Source: a virus
Lineage: Duplodnaviria; Caudoviricetes
DNA: 64,000 bases
Virus record (IMG/VR): IMGVR_UViG_3300028591_000004
Span: 86,781-150,780 of that record
Direction: 5' to 3' (one strand)
A program made the position numbers and the translations under genes. How positions within the stretch are numbered: position 1 is the first letter of the stretch; each line of letters begins with the position of its first letter. Of this stretch, positions 47,393 to 58,276 are shown piece after piece. Under the pieces are notes generated by a model. That model was not told where the DNA came from and made no database searches. It saw only the letters and a program-made list of their open reading frames with translations.

Positions 47393-48574
47393 TTAGTACG
47401 AAGGATTAAAGACGCCTCCTGTGATATCCACTTGAGGCAAAGCTTCATTTGAAAGAATTTCAATAGAACGATCAGAACCTTCGAAAACGCCATTGCTGAT
47501 TATCAAAGACATATTATCATTGTTTGGATATCCTGCTGTTTGTTGATAAATTACAGCGGAATGAGAAACGTCAATAGCATCTACTGATCTTACTCCCGAT
47601 CCACGAGCCGTAATAAACCCTCCGGAGATTTCAGCTTGTCCGGCTCGAAGTAAAAGACCACAGCCATTTTCACTAATTATTTCTCCGCTATTCATAACAA
47701 AGCGATCATCGTTTGCGATTAGCACTCCGCATGACGCTTTACCCTGAGTTGTTGCCTGTCCGATAACTCTGCCTCCGGAGATTGTAACAGTGCTGTATTC
47801 TCTGTTATTTGATTTGTTGGTTCGAATAACACAGCCGTCTTTTGCCTGCATTGCTCCTCCGTTGACAGCAAGAGATCCGCCTTCAAATACATAGATGCAT
47901 TCTTTATCAGATATAATAGACCCACTGTCGATCTGTACAACAGATTCCGGACCAACAGAAGCAAAAGTAAGGTCTCCTGCTTGATAAAGTCCGCCTGCAA
48001 CAACAATAGTCCCGCCATGAATAGCTTGGGCAATACGATAAGACGAGTTGATTGTTCCGTTCAGTATCGTTAGTCTTGCTCCGTGTGCGGTGAAAACAAA
48101 ATCGTTAAAATCAGCGGTCAAAGTATGACCACCAAGATTTAATATTGTGTCGTGAGTGACAACAAGGCCTTCTAAAAGTGCAACATTACCGGATAAATTA
48201 ATCTCTCCACCCTCTGTAATTGTTGCAGCTAAAGCAGCCGCAGTAGAAGGAGACTTTGTAATATAGTCGAGATCAGAAAAGGTTAAAACTTCAACCTCTG
48301 CTTCAGCTTCACCGGTTGCACTGACAATTCCGTTTTCGTCAATTGCCAACCCGGTACCGATTTTTATGCCGCCTAATGTTTCCTCGCTTGCGGCAGGCAG
48401 CTCGTAAGAAGTCAATCCTGCTAATTTTTGCTTTTCAACAGTGGTGTAATTTTCATCTGAAAGCGTTTTGCCTGGTTCTTGTTTTATGTAAATTCCTTGT
48501 GCTTTATCCCAAAGATATTTCACGCCTTCGGCGTCAAGAAATTTATTCGCATATTTATTGGCCACGTTTTTCAC
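47393..48574 (-). CDS. Fibre protein with beta-helix C-terminal domain
   Basis: KxLSDENYTxxEKxKL, LPAASxxTLGGIKIG; repeated IxGGxI strands. Confidence 0.65.
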   Translation of the reverse strand: MKNVANKYANKFLDAEGVKYLWDKAQGIYIKQEPGKTLSDENYTTVEKQKLAGLTSYELPAASEETLGGIKIGTGLAIDENGIVSATGEAEAEVEVLTFSDLDYITKSPSTAAALAATITEGGEINLSGNVALLEGLVVTHDTILNLGGHTLTADFNDFVFTAHGARLTILNGTINSSYRIAQAIHGGTIVVAGGLYQAGDLTFASVGPESVVQIDSGSIISDKECIYVFEGGSLAVNGGAMQAKDGCVIRTNKSNNREYSTVTISGGRVIGQATTQGKASCGVLIANDDRFVMNSGEIISENGCGLLLRAGQAEISGGFITARGSGVRSVDAIDVSHSAVIYQQTAGYPNNDNMSLIISNGVFEGSDRSIEILSNEALPQVDITGGVFNPSY

Positions 48575-48582
48575 CTCTGTCT

Positions 48583-49275
48583 TCAGTTGCCGTTTATGAT
48601 GTCATCAAGCTCTTCAGGAGTAAACGGCTGTGGCTCATCATTGTCGCCCGGCTCATCTGGATCAGGATCCGTAGGTTCAGGATTCACTGGATCTGGATTA
48701 ACAGGATCTGGATTTGTCTGCCCACCGGTAATTCCTAAATCTTCAAGAGACAAATTACCTACAAGAGGAACTCCGTTGATCTTGGGTATATGAAGAAGGT
48801 GCTCATAATCATTATCTGATGTAATAATTGGTTCTGGAGTTGTTAACTCGAGAATATGATAATCCGGAATCTCGAGTATAATTGGATTGCCCGAAGAAGA
48901 ATGGGGAAGTGTATAATCCGTTTCTTCTTCGCCTTCTTCGTTTTCATAATGGGTAACTTCTTCTTTTAAAACGAAGTCTCCGACAAACGACTCCTTCAGT
49001 AAATTTTTATAAGACACCTGAATATCAAATTTATAATCGCCTATCATGAGTTTATTTGTGTCAGGCGGATCGATTTTTAACTGATAATCACCTAAGCCTA
49101 ATTTATAAACTTCATTTCGCTTATAAGATTTTTGAAATAAATACATTCTGTCTTTTGGGTTCTTTTTTACTGTGAAATAAATGTTAGTGAAATCAATTTC
49201 CGTAGAAATTCCATTGGGAGTATTAACCAAAAACCGAATCCATTTAATGTCTCCTCTGGACATTGCGATTCTCAT
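48583..49275 (-). CDS. BppU-like baseplate/adaptor protein
   Basis: RGD..FTVK..I.P.DT..G.Y.FDIQ; PKINGV.L.GN.SLEDLGI. Confidence 0.55.
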   Translation of the reverse strand: MRIAMSRGDIKWIRFLVNTPNGISTEIDFTNIYFTVKKNPKDRMYLFQKSYKRNEVYKLGLGDYQLKIDPPDTNKLMIGDYKFDIQVSYKNLLKESFVGDFVLKEEVTHYENEEGEEETDYTLPHSSSGNPIILEIPDYHILELTTPEPIITSDNDYEHLLHIPKINGVPLVGNLSLEDLGITGGQTNPDPVNPDPVNPEPTDPDPDEPGDNDEPQPFTPEELDDIINGN

Positions 49276-49295
49276 GGAAGCTCAGCCTCCTTTCT

Positions 49296-49341
49296 AAAAG
49301 AATAAAAGAAATCCTCCGGAGACTTGAGGTCTCCGGAGGAT
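49296..49341 (-). terminator. Rho-independent terminator
   Basis: ATCCTCCGGAGAC/GTCTCCGGAGGAT 13-bp stem; T-rich tail on the minus strand. Confidence 0.75.
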
Positions 49342-49347
49342 GGGGGA

Positions 49348-49479
49348 TTATTCAACAATTAAGTCTGCCTTGCCTGCTTCTATTAAAATGTTTTTAACTT
49401 CTACCTTGAAACGCTCAGGCGTTTGTTGAAATGTTTTTTCGCCTTTTATAATTTGTTGAGCCCATAATTTTGCAATCAT
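49348..49479 (-). CDS. CD1375-like small protein (not in ORF track)
   Basis: MIAKLWAQQIIKGEKTFQQTPERFKVEVKNIL. Confidence 0.65.
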   Translation of the reverse strand: MIAKLWAQQIIKGEKTFQQTPERFKVEVKNILIEAGKADLIVE

Positions 49480-49483
49480 TGTA

Positions 49484-49921
49484 TCATACCCCCGTGCCGA
49501 TAAGTTCGCTTAATTCAAGAATACATCCGGTTAATAAATCGATTTGCTGTTGCTGTTCTTTAAGCAGCGTACGCATTTCATTAACAGTCTTTTGTTTTTC
49601 CGGCTGAACAGGTTCTGGTTCAACTTCAATCGGATATTCTTCTACGGGAATATCGATGATTTCGTTATCAGAAAGAAGCTCTCGGATTTCTTCATATTCT
49701 TTTTGTTCGATACAGACAACCCGTGCTTCCTCGACATTGCTTATCTCAAAAACGCAACGTCTCATCCAATCATCATGATAGACAATTTCCTTGAGAGATA
49801 ATACAAATTGGCCGTCTTCAGCGTCACATGCAAATAATTGCTGCCATTTAACGTTCCATTTAAGAAAGGTGGAACCGGCATCAATAATTTGATTATCTTT
49901 TATTACTTTAAAAAAAGTCAT
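49484..49921 (-). CDS. Tail-fibre-associated hypothetical protein
   Basis: C-terminal coiled coil LLTGCILELSE precedes the CD1375-like gene. Confidence 0.6.
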   Translation of the reverse strand: MTFFKVIKDNQIIDAGSTFLKWNVKWQQLFACDAEDGQFVLSLKEIVYHDDWMRRCVFEISNVEEARVVCIEQKEYEEIRELLSDNEIIDIPVEEYPIEVEPEPVQPEKQKTVNEMRTLLKEQQQQIDLLTGCILELSELIGTGV

Positions 49922-49937
49922 ACCACATCACCTCTTC

Positions 49938-52900
49938 TTAAATTGAGAACATAGGCATAAGATAAATAGGAGACAGTGTCGAATAATTATAACCATTGAG
50001 TCCGGACACTGTTAACATATAGAAGTAAACATAAGTGGAGTTATTATTGCTGTAGGGATACCGTGTACGGGTTCCAATCCGATCATGCGACCTGAACCAT
50101 TTTCCGCCGTACCGTGCAGCAAAGACGTCACCAGCTTCGCTGTTTTTATTAATATCCGCGAACCATCCTATTTTGTCTAAAGTAGCAGTGGAAACAAACA
50201 TGTAGGTGTCATAAGATGTATTTGAGTTGAACCAGATATCGCCATCCTTAAGCGGAACAGGTGTCTTCCCTGGTTCAGACGGATCGCTATTACTTCTATA
50301 CCTCTTTGTATCTTCTCCAGTTATAGCCCCGGGGAATATCTCAGATTTAATGTATCTGGAATCAGTAATACCAGACGAAGAACCATTTAGATCTTGTATA
50401 CCCGTCGACTGAGCATACCATGGAATAAGGTTATCTTCATCCTGAAGGCCATATTGTAAAGTATTCGAAAAACAAGCAGCTGCGGGTAAATAGACTCTCG
50501 CACGGAAAGATTGAGGCGTATTAACATAATCGGCATAGAACATCTGTTCGGTTAATTCAACTTCTTGAATAAGAGAACGCCAGGTCAAAGGAAGAGCCTC
50601 GAATACTCTTCCCGGATGCCAAATATTATCAATTGTACCACCATTAATAAAGGCATGGACTAAGGTTTTACTGTAAGTATAAGAAGAATCTCTTACACTT
50701 GTTGTATCATAAATATAGGAAGAAGCCAACGGAGAGTTTATGACAAAAGTTGCATTCGAAGGAAGTCCATCGGATACCTTTTTATACCGGCCAGAACCAA
50801 CATAATGCATTCTCCATGTCTCATGGGGCCAGTTTGCAAGTGCTCTCGTGTCAGTTGTTCCTAAAAGATCCCACCAAACCTTACACCAGTGGATAGTTCC
50901 TTTTGCCGTATTAGATGCTGATCCGCCTGTTGTAGAAATGCCGCCTAAAACAAGAGTGGCTTGTTCAGAAATAAAGGATGTTGTTCTTTCAACAGTTGAG
51001 CCAAATACGAAATCTTGATATTTAGTTTGACCGCCCGATATCCTTGTAATATTGTTAGAATACACGGATATAATTTTCGATCCTTTTTCGTGTGTTAAAA
51101 CAAGCATTGATCTTTTTGTTCCAAGCCCACCTAAGTCGCATGATTTATCACCCCAACTGAGATAAGGCGTAGAAGTTGCATTTCTGAAACGGAGTTGGAA
51201 TCCTCCGGCATCAATGGATCTTGAGTCGTAACACGATACCAAGGTCCTTTCTGCCGTTTCATCTGAAAATTCATAATCCAAAGCAAGAGTAAACGATGGA
51301 GATTCTGCTGAGAACAGTTTCACGCCTGTCACAAAAATTCTGCTTCCATTCAGAACGAGATCTTTTGCGTAAAGACCTCCGTCCCCAACAATAACAGTTG
51401 AATCAACGTTTGAATAATCAAAATCTGCTCCGACATTAATATCGATATAATCTTTTTCTTCCCAATAATCAGAGGCAGATCCTTGAGCAATTGCAGCTCC
51501 GACTTGAGCAGCAGTATAATTTTTCAATGGAACATATCCATCTGGATAAGTAATATTGCCGTTTTCGTCACGAACGAGCTTGACAAGAGGACCTGAATGT
51601 GTAACCCACTTTGCAAATACATCGGTTGTTCCAGTTATATAACCAGTTGATTTATCCCAGCCATCGAATAAAGCATTGGCCCAGCCAGATTGAGATCTCT
51701 TGGGATAACCGAGTGTATTGTAATCATATACAGCTTCAGATCCGTATTCAACTGTTTCGTGATGGAGCTCAGTTCCACCAAGACCAGAATACCATGTTAC
51801 GCGATATCTCTTTTTAGTCTTGTTGTATCTTGCAGTAACAACTTTGTCCATATATACTGCCCCGTCAAGATTTTCGAAATAACTGAACACTGCGGTATAT
51901 TCATCTGTATCAGCCATGGTAGGAGTATCAATTTCTCCTGCCTGAATAGGATCATAACCGTATGCACCTTCTTCAACATATTGGAAGTAAGGTTCTCCGT
52001 TTTTGTCTAAGACAGGAGTTCCGTCTTCGTTCATAAAGGTAATAATCTTTTCTTCTGTTGGCGAAGTAACGGTTAAGTCAAAGTTCGGCCAGGCAGATGA
52101 ATACAAATTCTGAAGACGTCTCGCAAGTGAGAGGATTAATCCTTCGCCAGCCAAGACAGAGTGCGGTGTCTGATAGCCGGTTTCATCAAAGCCAGACATG
52201 GCATACAAAGCCGTAAGAACTTCATTAGTCAGTCCGGCATTCCAGATCATTCCGATCAATCTTGCTTCGGAAAGTGTATTGTTTTCTATAGCCAAGATCT
52301 TCTTAATCATAGCTAAAGCATCGATTCCAATACAGTCTTCAATAGCAAGTCTAAAAATCTTGGAATAATCAGCAATAATAAGATTCGCATCCGTTAAATA
52401 TCTTAGATTCAACAAGGAAAGTGTTGTAGGTGCTTTAAGCTTTACGGAATTGATTAATCCATTTTTCGCAAAAGAAACACCTGTGAAATCAGAGCCTGTA
52501 GCGTCTACGGAAACAAGGGAAGGACAGTGAGAAAGATTAAGTGTTCCGACCCGTTTTTCTTCGCCGTTTACGAGGTTCTGCACTTCAAGTGTTTCCAGCA
52601 TGGGATTGTTGGCCAAAGACAGGTTAAAGAAGTTTGAATTTTGATAACCTGGTTCATTAGAACCAAGTGCCAGTGTCTTTAACTTAGACGCAGCATCAAA
52701 GTTGTAATCTCCTCCATAAATTGGAGCAAGGTTATCAATTTCCTGAATCATACTTGCGGGATAAATTTTAATAACCGTATCGTTCAACTTGTTCTCAGAA
52801 AAATCAATAAAAGCATTTTCATCTTTTTCGAATTTTCGAGTATACTTCTTTCCGTCAACGTCAACTGTCGCATACATTTTATTGTACATCTTCAGTTTTA

Positions 52901-55900
52901 CTTTGGGAGACGGAGGAACAGAAGGAGCATAATTATCAGGACTATATCCACGGAACTGAATTGCAGAAGCTTCCGCAGCAGAACCATTGTATTTACCAGA
53001 TAAATACACTTCCTGATACTTTTCAAAATGTTCTCTTTGATGTGTTTTTCGTCCACCATCCAGATACGTATATCTGTTAGCAACTAATTCCAACTGTCTT
53101 TCATAGGCCCTGATATAATCATAATAATAGCATTGAACCCAGCAACGTTCCGGCACTTTGTTTTGCTCTGTCTTAAGGAAGTTGTGATAAGTTTTATAGT
53201 TCCATGCACCTAATGCTTCTCTGTTCCGGAACATGGTCGCACAGGCTTCCTTTAAGTTGGCGGCAAAGACAAACCACGCAGAATCGTTCGCGTTGAAAAC
53301 ATTCTTTGTTCCAATAACGTCGTTCCACTCATTACCGTAATCGAAAGTCATAATACCTTCGTTGTTGTTGCCGTCCGAAGTATCCATATCATAAGCTTTT
53401 GAAAGATCCCAGTGAATCCAGTCATCAGTACTCCAGAAAGTATTCTTGGCAACGTTATCGACATTCGTGTGACGTTCAGTGTAAAGGAAGTGATAAATAA
53501 CGCTGTCCATACACAGATAATCTTCACATGTAGAAAGCATCTTCGCCATACGACGTTCGAAAGAGTCTGTTGTATATGTGCCTGCATATTGAGTAACTCT
53601 TGTTCCTCTCAAAACCTGAGCAAAATTAGTAAGCTCAGTATTTTGATTTTCAGGTACAGGACGATGATGACCTTTGAATACATATTCTCCATATGTTTCA
53701 GGAGTATCCAGGCGAGCGTTTGTCGCGAGGCCTGGATGGTTCTCGTACATCCATTTCCAGAGCCGTCTCCATGCCGCATCAATCTCAGGCCGGGGATTCT
53801 TTGTCGAAGGATATCTTAATTCGAACGGGTCTGTATCACTGGCATCCCAGTTGATAGGATCATCCGTATACTCAATAAACCGGCAGTGCGCGTGTGTGTT
53901 GTTTTTAATTTCCACGCAAACTTCCTTTTCGTTGGAAATGTCATGGAAAATATGAACGTTGTTCTTAGACGTACCCATATTTGCAATAGAATACATATGG
54001 TATCTGTCTTTGCCGTCCTGAACATAATTAGGACGACCGTTCACCATTACAACATTACCATTTGCATCAACTTCTGGTTTAGTAAACAGTAGCATGTGTT
54101 TACCGTCATTAGGAATCTCGCCGCGGTCTTTAATAAACTGAACACCCATTGAGAACTCCATACAGTCTCTTGCCGTTCTGGACGGGAAGGGCTGGAACTT
54201 TTGATACCACATGGCATTGCAATAGTTGTTAACCTGTTCGCATGAAGCATAGTTTACCTTAATGTTGGAATAGGTAATAGGACAGGAAGTATCATTAATC
54301 TTATATCCAAGAGCTTTGACATAATGTGTTGCTTCTCTGTTCTCGTCTCTATACCGCACAATCCATTCCGGGCCAAGTGCGATAGAATAGTTTTCATCGC
54401 TTACTCTCAGATATTTTAGAGGTTCATTGTTTTCGTCTCTTGTGTAAACAGTCCACTCGAGGGGATTAAGTTCTTCTCCCTCTTGCAGCCTCGCAAGACT
54501 CCTTGCTTCTTTTACAGAGTAAGTTTTGCGAATCCCGGATTCAACGTAAGCTTCGAGCTTTGTAAATATCTTTGCTGTCTTTGGATTTTCAGGATCTTTG
54601 ACATACCAGTTATCTCCATAGGTATCATCCTTAATATATACACCATTTTCAAGAAGATCGACAACTTGACCGCCTCGTGTATAAGTAAGTTCAGAGAACC
54701 TGCTGTCAGTATTGGCAGCGCCTCTTCGATAGTTAATAGAAGACGTACCCTGAACGCCCATCGTACAGGTGCCTTGAAGCTGGTATTCCTCGCCGCCGTT
54801 ACGCCAAATCTGTTGGAACTTACAGTTGCTAACGGGGTCTTTCTTGATTTTATCCATTGTCATATAAGGAATATCGTACAAATAAATACGAAGATCCCTG
54901 TTCTTATCCGCAAGCAGCTGATAGTCTATATCGTTTGTCGTAGAGTTTAAAATGTTGTTCCGGTCGTATCTCTTGACCATCTCTTCACCGGTTGGCGCAT
55001 CAACAATGAAACCATCAACGTGATTCTGATAATCAATAGAATGTTGATAGACTTTCATGAGATAAATATACACATCACAATCTTCGCTTCCGATTGTGAT
55101 TTCCGGTGCAAGAGTACTTGGATGGGCAAAAGAATCGTTGCTATCGTAGATCGCTATATTAGCCGGAACGCCGTCCAGCCACGCCATAACGTAATTATGC
55201 GGAGCTGAAGCATGGGAAGGATCGTTGTCCTTCTTGTATACTTCTAATTCATATTCAATATAAGAATCCTCTTCATAAAGGGTAGAAACATGTACGTTAG
55301 AGGTCATATCTGCGTTATGCGCGAACAATTGAAGACCACGTCCGTTGTACATGCATTTGCCCCACGATGCATCATAATCCTGAACGTTGACAATTTTAAA
55401 CGCAATCTTAAAATCAAGACCGGTATCCTGTGCAGCCGTTGAGAAAAGCTTGTGCTTAACAGTCATTTCCGTTCCGGCTTTTATACAGATAAACTGTCGA
55501 ACATTACCGTTATCATCGGTTTCGTACTGTAATCCGCCATTCACCCAGTCAAAGTTATCTGAAAACTTTAACGATACAGTGTTTTCTTCGTTGTGCCATT
55601 TCTGAAGGTCCGTATTGGAACCAAGCTCAGATGCTTTCAGCTTGAAGATATAATCGTTCATCTCCTGAACGTTCATCGAAATAGGATTGATGGTTGCAAC
55701 AAACTGTTTGGCAGCTGAAATTGTGATAACATTATCAACTGTACGAAGAGCTTCAATGCGGATTGTTCTGGCGCCGGAATCCATAGCCGTGTAGTTCCAG
55801 ATATGCTGTGTCCTGTCAAGCCCAGTGAAAGTTGCCTTAACTTCGCCATCTATTAAAATTCTTGCATCTACTGAGAGATCTGTAGGATCAGCAACAATAA

Positions 55901-58208
55901 AAGAAATTTTCTTCGTTGAATATTGATCCATTACAAAATCAGATGTATCTGCGGAAACAACCGCTTGCGTCTGACCGTCTTCAAAGAAGATGACTTCATA
56001 AGTTTGGTACTTTGGTTCAACGTCAACTCCGTTTACCTTGGCTGTTAACCAACGAGTAAGAGTATGAACACCGTGACTTAACTTTGGAATGGTTTCCTTG
56101 AATTCACGTCCGGAACCTTCGATTTTCTTACCTCCGGGATACGGAGAATGTTGTTCGTCGTCTATAGGATTGTTGATATCAGCCGCGTCAATTGCCAAAT
56201 GCATATACTTGTCAACATTGCCGTATACCGTATAAATATCGGTAAATGCCATCGTATTGATACGGGCTGTATCAAAATCCCAAGCAAAATACAAGTCAAC
56301 AAGATTAACAGACCAGTTACGACTTGCAGGATAAGTAATATCTCCTCCAACAGGCACAGAAACAGATACGGAAATGCTATTTGGCCCAGGCTGAAGGTAA
56401 GGAGTTACGTCAAAGTAAGTTGGAACGTTATGAACAATACTGGTTGTTGTCAGGAAAATGGAATTGTTATACCATCTTGCTGTTGCAGTACCAGCAATTT
56501 CTTCTCCGTCTTCTCCGGATTCAACAACCTTAAGAATAAACCTTAAAAGAGCATTCTCTCCGGATATAACGTCACAAGTAGCAACAGAAGTAGGTTCGTT
56601 ATTTTCGTCCAGACGTTGAACCTTTACACTGGCAGAAACAGTGCTTCCGCCTCCACCTCCGCCACCACCCGCAATATAGACAGGGCTTCCTTGATTTTCA
56701 TCGTTTTCGTTTTGAAGATAAAGGAAATTTTCCGTTGTATCATAATACAGGTGAAGCTTTTCGCTTTCGGCTAATTCCACTTGACTTGATTCACCTTGAA
56801 AATAATCGACTCGTAAACCGGTTGGGCTTTTAACAACATTTCGAACAGCGCCTGCATATTCGGAAATGTCTTCTTCAAGTTCTCCTATTCTGTCGTTATA
56901 TCCGGAAATAGCAGACTCTGAAATAGCTCCGATATTTGTTCGTGCCTGAGCCTTCTGCTCTTCATTTAAATCTGGTTGACTTACGTCGTATCTAACACTG
57001 CCTGTTAAATCTGTTGCAGAAGGCATATTGTCGATAATCGTTTGAATTGCTTCACTGACACCGATATTTTGCTGTGCTTGCTGTTTCTGCTCTGAGGTCA
57101 GTTCTTGAGACTCATTATATTTGACAACACCGGAAATCATATTGCTGATGTTATCTAATCCAATGTTTCTTTGGACCATTTCTTTCTGGTCATCTGTTAA
57201 TTCCTGATCGACTATTGTACTGATATAAGCAGTGCTTTTCAGCTTATAAGCGACGAAATCCTTGTTGTTGTCCTCGTACTTAGCGAGCATAATATCTTTT
57301 AATTCGATAGGACTGATAATACGAATTAAAGCAGCCCCAGGTTCGTCGCTCCGGATAATCATATCATTGGTAACATCTGTTGCTTTGATTTCTATTTGGC
57401 TGCTTAAAGAAGCTTTTTCCTTGTCAAACACTTCATAAACAAAGTCACCAGGACCATCAATCGTACGGAGAACATAATCCGTGTTTGGTTCAAACGGAAT
57501 ATATCCTGAAACATAATATTGCGAATATCCCGCGAAAACATTTCCCTGATAGATCTGTTGCATAGAAGGATTGACAAGGTTCTTATTATCAGGGAAGGCA
57601 AAGCTTTTCTCAAGATCGGTTACACGATCCGCAAATTCGCCTGCGATAGTGACATGTGCCCACTGATTTGGATCCCATGCGTAACCCGGCTTTGTCGGAG
57701 CAATACAGCGATACAAAGCATTGTCATAAATTACATAGTCCCCAACAACATACGTTTTGTTGCGTTGGAAATGAGCTGTGATAACATTCTTTAAAGCTCC
57801 GATTAATTCACTGCTGATAGTAATCTGTTCCCAATGCGCAGCGTTCCACGCTTCGGGGACGGCAATAGGAGTTGTACACCGATACATAACACCTTGCTGA
57901 ATGACATATTCTCCTGTGTCATACCTCGAACGCGCATCATACAATGGTGCTAAAATATCTGTATGGAATGATTCACTTGCGGATTGAGCATAAGATTTAG
58001 CCGCATTCGCAGCGTTTTCAGCCGCTGTCTTGTTTTGTTCAACTTGAGTAGCAGCGGCAACAACAGCTTCTTTATTTGTTGCAACAGTGGCTGCATTTTG
58101 TGCAAAGTTCGCCTGTTGTTCACAGAATTCCTGATACGTACCTGTGTATCCAGCTTGCTTGGCAGCACCGTATGCGGTGACAACACCAGCTGAATATGTT
58201 GTAGCCAT
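49938..58208 (-). CDS. Giant multidomain virion protein, 2756 aa
   Basis: Carbohydrate-binding-like YxxGxYV repeats, LTxxQKxQAxxNIG repeats, LamG-like segments, CotH-like kinase motif (DNVAKN..W..YDMD..G), LRR stretch, DUF6273-like C-terminus. Confidence 0.7.
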   Translation of the reverse strand: MATTYSAGVVTAYGAAKQAGYTGTYQEFCEQQANFAQNAATVATNKEAVVAAATQVEQNKTAAENAANAAKSYAQSASESFHTDILAPLYDARSRYDTGEYVIQQGVMYRCTTPIAVPEAWNAAHWEQITISSELIGALKNVITAHFQRNKTYVVGDYVIYDNALYRCIAPTKPGYAWDPNQWAHVTIAGEFADRVTDLEKSFAFPDNKNLVNPSMQQIYQGNVFAGYSQYYVSGYIPFEPNTDYVLRTIDGPGDFVYEVFDKEKASLSSQIEIKATDVTNDMIIRSDEPGAALIRIISPIELKDIMLAKYEDNNKDFVAYKLKSTAYISTIVDQELTDDQKEMVQRNIGLDNISNMISGVVKYNESQELTSEQKQQAQQNIGVSEAIQTIIDNMPSATDLTGSVRYDVSQPDLNEEQKAQARTNIGAISESAISGYNDRIGELEEDISEYAGAVRNVVKSPTGLRVDYFQGESSQVELAESEKLHLYYDTTENFLYLQNENDENQGSPVYIAGGGGGGGGSTVSASVKVQRLDENNEPTSVATCDVISGENALLRFILKVVESGEDGEEIAGTATARWYNNSIFLTTTSIVHNVPTYFDVTPYLQPGPNSISVSVSVPVGGDITYPASRNWSVNLVDLYFAWDFDTARINTMAFTDIYTVYGNVDKYMHLAIDAADINNPIDDEQHSPYPGGKKIEGSGREFKETIPKLSHGVHTLTRWLTAKVNGVDVEPKYQTYEVIFFEDGQTQAVVSADTSDFVMDQYSTKKISFIVADPTDLSVDARILIDGEVKATFTGLDRTQHIWNYTAMDSGARTIRIEALRTVDNVITISAAKQFVATINPISMNVQEMNDYIFKLKASELGSNTDLQKWHNEENTVSLKFSDNFDWVNGGLQYETDDNGNVRQFICIKAGTEMTVKHKLFSTAAQDTGLDFKIAFKIVNVQDYDASWGKCMYNGRGLQLFAHNADMTSNVHVSTLYEEDSYIEYELEVYKKDNDPSHASAPHNYVMAWLDGVPANIAIYDSNDSFAHPSTLAPEITIGSEDCDVYIYLMKVYQHSIDYQNHVDGFIVDAPTGEEMVKRYDRNNILNSTTNDIDYQLLADKNRDLRIYLYDIPYMTMDKIKKDPVSNCKFQQIWRNGGEEYQLQGTCTMGVQGTSSINYRRGAANTDSRFSELTYTRGGQVVDLLENGVYIKDDTYGDNWYVKDPENPKTAKIFTKLEAYVESGIRKTYSVKEARSLARLQEGEELNPLEWTVYTRDENNEPLKYLRVSDENYSIALGPEWIVRYRDENREATHYVKALGYKINDTSCPITYSNIKVNYASCEQVNNYCNAMWYQKFQPFPSRTARDCMEFSMGVQFIKDRGEIPNDGKHMLLFTKPEVDANGNVVMVNGRPNYVQDGKDRYHMYSIANMGTSKNNVHIFHDISNEKEVCVEIKNNTHAHCRFIEYTDDPINWDASDTDPFELRYPSTKNPRPEIDAAWRRLWKWMYENHPGLATNARLDTPETYGEYVFKGHHRPVPENQNTELTNFAQVLRGTRVTQYAGTYTTDSFERRMAKMLSTCEDYLCMDSVIYHFLYTERHTNVDNVAKNTFWSTDDWIHWDLSKAYDMDTSDGNNNEGIMTFDYGNEWNDVIGTKNVFNANDSAWFVFAANLKEACATMFRNREALGAWNYKTYHNFLKTEQNKVPERCWVQCYYYDYIRAYERQLELVANRYTYLDGGRKTHQREHFEKYQEVYLSGKYNGSAAEASAIQFRGYSPDNYAPSVPPSPKVKLKMYNKMYATVDVDGKKYTRKFEKDENAFIDFSENKLNDTVIKIYPASMIQEIDNLAPIYGGDYNFDAASKLKTLALGSNEPGYQNSNFFNLSLANNPMLETLEVQNLVNGEEKRVGTLNLSHCPSLVSVDATGSDFTGVSFAKNGLINSVKLKAPTTLSLLNLRYLTDANLIIADYSKIFRLAIEDCIGIDALAMIKKILAIENNTLSEARLIGMIWNAGLTNEVLTALYAMSGFDETGYQTPHSVLAGEGLILSLARRLQNLYSSAWPNFDLTVTSPTEEKIITFMNEDGTPVLDKNGEPYFQYVEEGAYGYDPIQAGEIDTPTMADTDEYTAVFSYFENLDGAVYMDKVVTARYNKTKKRYRVTWYSGLGGTELHHETVEYGSEAVYDYNTLGYPKRSQSGWANALFDGWDKSTGYITGTTDVFAKWVTHSGPLVKLVRDENGNITYPDGYVPLKNYTAAQVGAAIAQGSASDYWEEKDYIDINVGADFDYSNVDSTVIVGDGGLYAKDLVLNGSRIFVTGVKLFSAESPSFTLALDYEFSDETAERTLVSCYDSRSIDAGGFQLRFRNATSTPYLSWGDKSCDLGGLGTKRSMLVLTHEKGSKIISVYSNNITRISGGQTKYQDFVFGSTVERTTSFISEQATLVLGGISTTGGSASNTAKGTIHWCKVWWDLLGTTDTRALANWPHETWRMHYVGSGRYKKVSDGLPSNATFVINSPLASSYIYDTTSVRDSSYTYSKTLVHAFINGGTIDNIWHPGRVFEALPLTWRSLIQEVELTEQMFYADYVNTPQSFRARVYLPAAACFSNTLQYGLQDEDNLIPWYAQSTGIQDLNGSSSGITDSRYIKSEIFPGAITGEDTKRYRSNSDPSEPGKTPVPLKDGDIWFNSNTSYDTYMFVSTATLDKIGWFADINKNSEAGDVFAARYGGKWFRSHDRIGTRTRYPYSNNNSTYVYFYMLTVSGLNGYNYSTLSPIYLMPMFSI

Positions 58209-58276
58209 ATAATATCGCCTCCTGTTTTCTTGTCAGGCATATACGCCTGACCATATAAATGCATAGGCGTATATTA

